Assembly: GCA_964639915.1 (NCBI GenBank)
Contig: CAZXHW010000001.1
Span: 1-40,763, forward strand
Length of the DNA stretch: 40,763 nt
Direction of reading: 5' to 3'
Source of the DNA: an uncultured Heliomicrobium sp.
Lineage (GTDB): Bacteria; Acidobacteriota; Blastocatellia; RBC074
How positions within the stretch are numbered: the first letter of the stretch is position 1; every line of letters starts with the position of its first letter. Below, piece after piece: positions 8,439-14,731 of this stretch. Both the position numbers and the translations under genes were made by a program. The notes beneath the pieces are model-generated. The model searched no databases. It saw nothing but the letters and a program-made list of their open reading frames with translations, and was not told where the DNA came from.

Positions 8439-10250
8439 ATGACATCACGAATGCTCGTCAGACTGCTCGTTTTTGGCTTTGCCCTTTCGATTCTTGCTTC
8501 AGGCTCGGCTCAGACCCTGACTTATCGCCCGACGGTTCGCGGCACGCGCGGCGTTGTCGCTGGAGGACACCCACTGGTTGCCGAAGCCGGATTGCGGATG
8601 ATGCACAAAGGCGGCAACGCTGTTGACGCTGGCGTTGCCGCAACCCTGGCGGCTTCGGTCATCGAATTTTCCCACTTCGCTTTCGGCGGCGAAGTTCCCG
8701 TCATCATCAAGATGGCCAACAAGCCGCAGCCGATCACCATCAACGGCCAAGGCCAGGCTCCGCAATTAGCGACCATCGAATTTTTTGAAAAACAACGCAA
8801 AGACCCGTCGAAACCAGCCGTGATTCCTTCGACCGGGCCGACAGCAGCGACCGTTCCGGGCGTGCTGGATGCGATGATTGTTGCCTTGCAAAACTACGGC
8901 ACGATGAAGCTGGCTGATGTGATGCAACCGGCAATTGAGCTGGCCGACGGCTTTCCGATTGATGAACTGCGCATCCAGTACATCAAAAACACCCGCCCGG
9001 CGTACCAGGAATGGAAAGACACAACCGACATCTTTTTGCCGAACGGTGAAATCCCAAAAGTCGGCGATATTTTTGTCCAGAAGAATCTGGCGCGGTCATT
9101 ACGCGAATTGGTGGCAGTGGAAAAGAAAAATGCCAGCCGAGGCCGTATCGCTGCGCTGCAAGCCGCGCGCGATTATTTTTACCTCGGCCCTTTAGGCAAA
9201 CGCTATTGCGACGCGATTGAAAAAGCTGGCGGGTTAATGCGCGCCAGCGATCTGGCGGCGTTCAAAGCCGACATTGACCAGCCGACGAAAGTCAGTTTCC
9301 ACGGCTACGAAGTTTATAAAGTCGGTTTCTGGTCGCAAGGTCCGGCGATGCTGGAAGCCATGAACCTGATCGAAAGTTACGACCTGAAAGCGATGGGCCA
9401 CAATTCGCCGGATTACGTTCACACGCTGACTGAAGCCATCAAGCTGGCCTTTGCCGACCGCGACCGGTATTACGCCGACCCGCGTTTTTCAAAAGTTCCA
9501 GGAGCAGAACTTCTATCGAAAGAGTATGCGGAATTGCGGCGCACACTGATTGATCCAAAATCGGCTTCGCAAACCCAGCAGCCAGGCGATCCGGTGAACA
9601 AAAAATCTCTGGCGCAATTGGTCAGCTTCAACCTGGAACCGGTTGAAATCCCGGAAGCTGAACGCGCGCACGATACAACCTGCGTCAACGTGATTGACGC
9701 CGCTGGTAACGTCTTTTCGGCGACTCCCAGCGGAGCCTGGCTGCCTTCGTTTGTTGCTGGAGATACAGGCATTCCCATTTCGTCCCGGTTGCAAAGCGCA
9801 CTGCTGCAACGTGGTCATCCCAATGAATTGAAAGGCGGCAAACGTCCACGTATTACCTTGTCGCCTACGCTGGTGATGAAAGACGGCCAACCCTTCGCAG
9901 CGCTTTCCACACCCGGCGGAGACAATCAGGATCAAGCCCTGATTCAAGTGCTACTGAACATCATCGAATTTGGGATGAATCCTCAAGCTTCGGTCGAAGC
10001 CGCGCGGTTTGAAACCCAGCATTTCGTCAGTTCGTTCAGCGACCATCAATTCCGACCCGGCAGCATGACACTGGAAAAACGTATGGGCGAAGCCTTGATC
10101 GCAGAAATGAAATGGCGTGGCCACAAGGTCGAAGTCAGCGATGACTTTGCGCCTTCCGCCGCTCCAACCGTTGTCATCTTTGATCCGAAAACGAAATTGA
10201 TTCAGGCGGGAGCTGATGCACGGCGAGGACGATACGCGATGGGCTGGTAA
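8439..10250 (+). CDS. ggt: Gamma-glutamyltransferase family protein (secreted)
   Basis: The signal peptide is MTSRMLVRLLVFGFALSILASGSAQ. The autoprocessing/catalytic Thr context is AHDTTCVNVID and the C-terminal motif is STPGGDNQ. Length is 603 aa. Confidence 0.88.
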   Translation: MTSRMLVRLLVFGFALSILASGSAQTLTYRPTVRGTRGVVAGGHPLVAEAGLRMMHKGGNAVDAGVAATLAASVIEFSHFAFGGEVPVIIKMANKPQPITINGQGQAPQLATIEFFEKQRKDPSKPAVIPSTGPTAATVPGVLDAMIVALQNYGTMKLADVMQPAIELADGFPIDELRIQYIKNTRPAYQEWKDTTDIFLPNGEIPKVGDIFVQKNLARSLRELVAVEKKNASRGRIAALQAARDYFYLGPLGKRYCDAIEKAGGLMRASDLAAFKADIDQPTKVSFHGYEVYKVGFWSQGPAMLEAMNLIESYDLKAMGHNSPDYVHTLTEAIKLAFADRDRYYADPRFSKVPGAELLSKEYAELRRTLIDPKSASQTQQPGDPVNKKSLAQLVSFNLEPVEIPEAERAHDTTCVNVIDAAGNVFSATPSGAWLPSFVAGDTGIPISSRLQSALLQRGHPNELKGGKRPRITLSPTLVMKDGQPFAALSTPGGDNQDQALIQVLLNIIEFGMNPQASVEAARFETQHFVSSFSDHQFRPGSMTLEKRMGEALIAEMKWRGHKVEVSDDFAPSAAPTVVIFDPKTKLIQAGADARRGRYAMGW

Positions 10251-10273
10251 GGATTTTTGCTTCCGAAATGCTC

Positions 10274-10311
10274 AAAAGGCGTCGAAACCGTTGAGTGGTT
10301 CGACGCCTTTT
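10274..10311. terminator. Bidirectional rho-independent terminator between convergent ggt and the 10322-10966 gene
   Basis: A 9-bp stem pairs GGCGTCGAA (10278-10286) with TTCGACGCC (10299-10307). It is flanked by AAAA and TTTT. Confidence 0.75.
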
Positions 10312-10321
10312 AAGTTTAAGG

Positions 10322-10966
10322 CTACGGCTCCGTCGTAAATTGTTGCGACAAGCAAACGCCGTAACGTGACAACGCCAACCCGCCAAGTCCAGGGTTTCCG
10401 GTTTGAACATTGTTGTCCTGGTTCTGCCGAATCAGGTGAACTTCCAGAAAGTATGCTCGGACGTTTTGGTTGTTGGGGACGAATTCAAACTTGGTGAATT
10501 GTCCGCAATTGCCAATCGAACGCGTTTGATAATCGCCCGAAGTCGGATACAGATCGCTGTCGAAAACGATCCGCGTGTTCAGTGCTGGATTCATTGGATT
10601 AGCTCCGAATTCGTATTCGCGCAGGTAAACCACTACGCGCGCATCGTCGCCGTCGTCGCGGTAGTTGACGGCCAGGGCAGGCCAAGACACTGGCCCGGCT
10701 TGCGCGAACAATCCGTCAACGGCTGTTACGTTGTAACGGATGATGGCGCGGGCAAGCGTAGGCGCTGAATTGCTGAACGTCGCAAACGGCCCCGCAAAAG
10801 CAATTTCGCCTGCGTCTGTCTCATCCACGGTTCCGGTCGAAGCGACCGAAGTCCAAATCTTGTATCCATCCTGGGCCATCGCCGCGCCAGCCATAAGCGT
10901 GGTCATCAGCAGTAAACTGCACAGCAGCCGGCTGCAAAACGTGAATCCAGTCATTGTTTTTTTCAT
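10322..10966 (-). CDS. Hypothetical secreted protein (214 aa)
   Basis: The signal peptide is MKKTMTGFTFCSRLLCSLLLMTTLMAGAAMAQ. I recognise no family or motif. Confidence 0.6.
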   Translation of the reverse strand: MKKTMTGFTFCSRLLCSLLLMTTLMAGAAMAQDGYKIWTSVASTGTVDETDAGEIAFAGPFATFSNSAPTLARAIIRYNVTAVDGLFAQAGPVSWPALAVNYRDDGDDARVVVYLREYEFGANPMNPALNTRIVFDSDLYPTSGDYQTRSIGNCGQFTKFEFVPNNQNVRAYFLEVHLIRQNQDNNVQTGNPGLGGLALSRYGVCLSQQFTTEP

Positions 10967-11014
10967 CTTGATTCTCCTTCTTCAAAAGTTAGATCGGTTT
11001 GCAGATGCGTATAC

Positions 11015-11112
11015 GGATTTGAACCGCGGGGAACACTGGGATCACGGGGGAAGAGTTGGGGAAAAAGAGTTGTTTTCCCCGTGTGCCCCGTGCTCCCTGT
11101 GGTTGAATTTCC
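11015..11112. repeat. Imperfect inverted repeat built from 9-nt CCCnGTGnn units (36-nt arms, 26-nt spacer)
   Basis: The reverse complement of the left arm is CCCCCGTGATCCCAGTGTTCCCCGCGGTTCAAATCC. The right arm is CCCCGTGTGCCCCGTGCTCCCTGTGGTTGAATTTCC. It lies in the gap between two minus-strand genes. Confidence 0.6.
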
Positions 11113-11173
11113 CATACACACAATTGAAATCTGATCTAGGTTTCGGTTTCTGACAATTTGGCTCGGTCTGTGT

Positions 11174-13108
11174 TTATTGACGCCGTTTGGTCAACGATTC
11201 GCGCTGGGCTTTCGTTCGCTTCATTGTTTCAGGGTTGCGCGCCCATTCGATGCTTTTCTCTTCTGGCTGACCGAACGCTGCCGGACGCAGATAAAAACCA
11301 CGCTCTTTTTCGGACTTCAGCTCTTCTGCTGGTTTGCGGTTGGTTTTTGAAGCGGCATCCTGGCGCAGTCCAGTTACCTGCCACGAAACTTCGACATTGG
11401 GTTTGTCGGTTTTGATCGTGAAGCTATTGCCTTCGATCTTTTGCGCGACGATGGCTTGGGCAAACTGGCCAACGACCGTCAGTTGATAGCGAAAATCTCC
11501 GCTGATCGCGGGGAAGTATTCCGGCAAAGTGACCACAGCTTCGCCGTTTGCATCGGTGGTGATATTGCCGGTTTGGACATTTATCATTTCCGGCGATTCG
11601 ATGAAGGATTGGTTTAGATACTTGTTGGCTGGATCAAGCGGATGATCCATCTTGGCAGCGAAGTTGTTGTTGACCTGAAGATTGCCATCAACGACGACAT
11701 CGCCGTCGAAGTATCCGGCCCAGGCTGCGCCACTGGCACCGTAAATGGACGCACCCAGAAAACTGCCGTAACCCGCCACGCCGTGTCCGGCATCGGCAAC
11801 ACCGACTACGCCCCAGCCGCTGGCTAGTCCATACACACCGATGGAAGTTTGATTCTGACCTCCAGGGGCTTCACCCAGAACGCCGACGCCGTTGGCATCT
11901 GTACTGATGCCGTAAACACCCGCATGGTCGCCACTCAACGAACGTCCCTGCACGCCATGATTCTGTAAGCTGTTGCCGTAAACACCGCGCCCGGTGTAAG
12001 CGTAGCCATACACTCCTGTGCCGCTGCTGGTTTCGCCGCGCACGCCGGTTCCGTTTACGCTGTCGCCAAAAACTCCACGCCCATCCGTGCTTTCACCAAA
12101 GACGCCAGCGGCACTGGAACCGTTATTGGCTCGGCCCCAAATGCCTTTGCCGTTGTTCGCTGCCGTTGTGCCGAACACTCCGGCAAAGCTGGCGCTGCCG
12201 GTCGTGCCGTAAACGCCGTATTGGTTGGTGCTGACGCCGGACAATCCAAATCCGTTGACGCTGGAACCTTCGACGCCCGCGCTGTTGGCGCTGAAGCCAT
12301 AAACACCCTGGGCGCTGATGCTCTGCCCCCAAACACCTGCGGCGGAATCGCTGCGTCCGTAAATCCCTCTGACGTTGGTGTGAACAGCCGTCAGCCTGGC
12401 CAGATTCAGGTTGGTGTTGATCTGAATGTTGCCACCGGATTCAGTCATCACCGAATCGTCAATCGTGTGCGCGGCGGTGAACTTGGCAATTCGATTTGCA
12501 GTACCGTCGCCGTTGATTGGGCCAACCGCGTTAATCACCCCGCCAATGTCTTTCAGTTGTTGCGTGTTGCTGGAAGCTTCCGTTGCGCGAGCCTGTGCGG
12601 ACGAGCGCGTTTCCAGCAATCTGGCTCCGCCGACGGTTGAATCCGGCGAACTCACCACGGTCAGTTCCGCCCCCGACCCAACACCAGTTGAATTGTTGCT
12701 GGTTACCCAGATGCGGTCGCTGCTGCTGGCGCGGTTGACGATGACGTGGCCGCGCTGAACAGAAAGCTGTTGGCTGTTTTCATCCCAGAATTTCAATGAG
12801 TAAACGTACAACCCATCTGCCAATGGTTTTTCCTGTTGATCTGCCAGCGCCCATTCAACCGTTGGCTGGCTGACGACGCCGCTGGAAAAGATCAAATCTC
12901 CTGGCTGATTGAATACTTCTATCTGCCACGAACGCGCCGCGCCTTGCAGATCAAAGCGAACAGCTTTTTGCTCGATGATCAAATTGGCTTTGGGTACTGG
13001 CTGAGCTGCCGCCGGTTGCGCGAATGCACCGATGGAAAGCAACACTGCGAACAGTGCGCTGACGGTCAAATTGGCAAACGGGGTTTGACGACGAAATCTG
13101 GTTTTCAT
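11174..13108 (-). CDS. Secreted glycine-repeat protein, tail-fibre/adhesin-like, with a conserved DHPLDP-KYL C-terminal domain
   Basis: The signal peptide is MKTRFRRQTPFANLTVSALFAVLLSIGAFAQPAAA, and GGAG lies upstream of the ATG at 13108. About 20 G[VI]xG units occur with a 10-11-aa period. The C-terminal domain reads MDHPLDPANKYLNQSFIESPEM...DFRYQLTVVGQFAQA...VSWQVTGLRQD. Confidence 0.8.
   Translation of the reverse strand: MKTRFRRQTPFANLTVSALFAVLLSIGAFAQPAAAQPVPKANLIIEQKAVRFDLQGAARSWQIEVFNQPGDLIFSSGVVSQPTVEWALADQQEKPLADGLYVYSLKFWDENSQQLSVQRGHVIVNRASSSDRIWVTSNNSTGVGSGAELTVVSSPDSTVGGARLLETRSSAQARATEASSNTQQLKDIGGVINAVGPINGDGTANRIAKFTAAHTIDDSVMTESGGNIQINTNLNLARLTAVHTNVRGIYGRSDSAAGVWGQSISAQGVYGFSANSAGVEGSSVNGFGLSGVSTNQYGVYGTTGSASFAGVFGTTAANNGKGIWGRANNGSSAAGVFGESTDGRGVFGDSVNGTGVRGETSSGTGVYGYAYTGRGVYGNSLQNHGVQGRSLSGDHAGVYGISTDANGVGVLGEAPGGQNQTSIGVYGLASGWGVVGVADAGHGVAGYGSFLGASIYGASGAAWAGYFDGDVVVDGNLQVNNNFAAKMDHPLDPANKYLNQSFIESPEMINVQTGNITTDANGEAVVTLPEYFPAISGDFRYQLTVVGQFAQAIVAQKIEGNSFTIKTDKPNVEVSWQVTGLRQDAASKTNRKPAEELKSEKERGFYLRPAAFGQPEEKSIEWARNPETMKRTKAQRESLTKRRQ
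11711..12370 (-). repeat. Coding tandem array of about 20 degenerate 30-33-nt units (GVYG/GVFG/GVWG repeats)
   Basis: RGIYGRSDSAAGVWGQSISAQGVYGFSANSAGVEGSS...GVFGESTDGRGVFGDSVNGTGVRGETSSGTGVYG... Confidence 0.8.
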
Positions 13109-13250
13109 GACTGGCTCCTCTCTATCGGTTGAAGTGGTTGTTCGTTGTAACTTGTTTCTCTGCGACAACGACAACTTACTTCGGAGGAGCAGCCTGGACA
13201 GCGAATCCATTCACAATGGCGGTGTGAAGTGGTTAACAGCAGCCGCGATT

Positions 13251-13967
13251 TCAGCCGCAGCGATTGGCCAGGAACTGGCGATTGTGGATTGTCCATCGGT
13301 GGTCTCGGCTGGCTGAAAGGTAGCCGCGTTCTTTGTATGACACGATGATTTTGTTGACGCTTTCGCGCGTGGCTCCGACCAGATTGGCCAGATCGCTTTG
13401 CGTCAGACGAACAGGGATGGAAATGTTGCCGTCTGTTTCCGGCTGGCCGTATTTATCAGCAAAACCAATTAGTTGCCGGGCAATGCGGCATTCGACATCC
13501 AGCGTAGCCAGCGATTGAATCTGTTCATTCGCCTGGCGAAGACGCGCCGAAAGCAGGCAGGACAAATTGTGGCTGAGCATCGGCGTCGCCATCAAAAACT
13601 TCCGAAACGTCGAGCGATCCAGCCAAAGCAATTCGGATTCTTCCAGAGTGGTGACGCTGGCTGAACGGCTGGGATCATCCAGCGCACTCATTTCGCCCAC
13701 GCTTTCGCCGGGGCCTAGAATTGAAATGATGACGTCAGAACCGTCGGCTTGTTCGATGTGAACTTTGACCGTGCCGCTGAAAATGAAATAGACGACTTCG
13801 CCGGATTGGTCGGCAGTCATCAAGGCCGCGCCCGCCGGAAACGTCTTGCGGTGCAACCACTCGCTGATCTGTCGCAATTCGGCGTGCGGCACATTATGAA
13901 ACAAATTGATTCGTCCCAAATCGCTCAGGTCGAATTCCGACGGCAGATTCATTTTCAGAACTTTCAT
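13251..13967 (-). CDS. Crp/Fnr-family transcriptional regulator (cNMP-binding domain plus HTH)
   Basis: The cNMP-binding-like region is GEVVYFIFSGTVKV...ILGPGESVGEMSAL. The HTH region is RLTQSDLANLVGATRESVNKIIVSYKERGYL. The start ATG at 13967 is preceded by AAGGGGG; the longer ORF running to 14381 is rejected. Confidence 0.85.
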   Translation of the reverse strand: MKVLKMNLPSEFDLSDLGRINLFHNVPHAELRQISEWLHRKTFPAGAALMTADQSGEVVYFIFSGTVKVHIEQADGSDVIISILGPGESVGEMSALDDPSRSASVTTLEESELLWLDRSTFRKFLMATPMLSHNLSCLLSARLRQANEQIQSLATLDVECRIARQLIGFADKYGQPETDGNISIPVRLTQSDLANLVGATRESVNKIIVSYKERGYLSASRDHRWTIHNRQFLANRCG

Positions 13968-13986
13968 TTTGCCCCCTTTGAAAAAG

Positions 13987-14059
13987 CATGCAGTACCGTC
14001 TTTAGGCGGAATATGTTTTTCTACCTCCAAAACCTTCCGCCTAAAGGCGGTACTACATG
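13987..14059. repeat. 24-nt-arm inverted repeat (REP-doublet-like) in the divergent Crp / ECF-sigma promoter region
   Basis: CATGCAGTACCGTCTTTAGGCGGA (13987-14010) matches the reverse complement of TCCGCCTAAAGGCGGTACTACATG (14036-14059) at 22 of 24 positions. The right arm contains its own mini-hairpin, CCGCC-TAAA-GGCGG; the left arm carries a degenerate copy, CCGTC-TTTA-GGCGG, with one mismatch. Confidence 0.6.
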
Positions 14060-14159
14060 TTTTTCGCCGCTGTTGATTAACGCGACAGTTGCGGGTAAAA
14101 ACTGGCACGTTAAACAAAGTTTTTTTCTCTCCCGCAAATAAATTTCCGAGCTTCAATAA

Positions 14160-14726
14160 ATGGACGTGCCTGCTTCCAATCAGATCACGGAGCAGTTGAT
14201 TGCCTGGAGCAATGGTGATCAATCGGCGCTGGTTGAAATCGCTCCGGTCGTTTACCGCGAATTGCGGCAAATGGCCGACCGTTTTTTGCGCCACGAAGCC
14301 GCCGGTCATAGCTTGCAACCGACTGCTCTGGTTCATGAAGCCTGGCTGCGGCTGGCTGACCAGACTCGCGTCAACTGGCAAAACCGCTCACAGTTTTTCG
14401 GCATTGCGGCTCAGATGATGCGCCGGATTCTGGTGGATCACGCCAAAACCAAACACCGCGAAAAACGTGGCGGCGACGCGATCAAACTTTCGCTGGACGA
14501 CATCATCAATTTGTCCGGTGAACGCGCGGCTGATTTGGTGGCTCTGGATGAGGCTCTGGATGCGCTGCAAAATTTCGACTCAAGAAAATGCTCCGTTGTC
14601 GAGCTTCGTTATTTTAGCGGGTTGAGCGTGGAAGAAACCGCCGAAGTTCTGGAAGTTTCGCCCGACACGGTTATGCGCGATTGGAAGCTGGCCAAAGCCT
14701 GGTTGTATCAACAGCTAAAGAAGTGA
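14160..14726 (+). CDS. ECF-type RNA polymerase sigma factor (the ECF family typically paired with Ser/Thr kinases)
   Basis: The N-terminus ITEQLIAWSNGDQSALVEIAPVVYRELRQMADRFLRHE...LQPTALVHEAWLRL and region 4 (LSVEETAEVLEVSPDTVMRDWKLAKAWL) fit this family. Confidence 0.85.
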   Translation: MDVPASNQITEQLIAWSNGDQSALVEIAPVVYRELRQMADRFLRHEAAGHSLQPTALVHEAWLRLADQTRVNWQNRSQFFGIAAQMMRRILVDHAKTKHREKRGGDAIKLSLDDIINLSGERAADLVALDEALDALQNFDSRKCSVVELRYFSGLSVEETAEVLEVSPDTVMRDWKLAKAWLYQQLKK

Positions 14727-14731
14727 ACCCA

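Noticed and set aside
13968-14381. An upstream extension of the Crp-like ORF to 376 aa overlaps the ECF sigma start.
   Set aside because: It has no domain content. The ATG at 13967 has a good RBS and yields a standard 238-aa Crp/Fnr protein. The extension runs through the divergent promoter and the sigma gene's 5' end.
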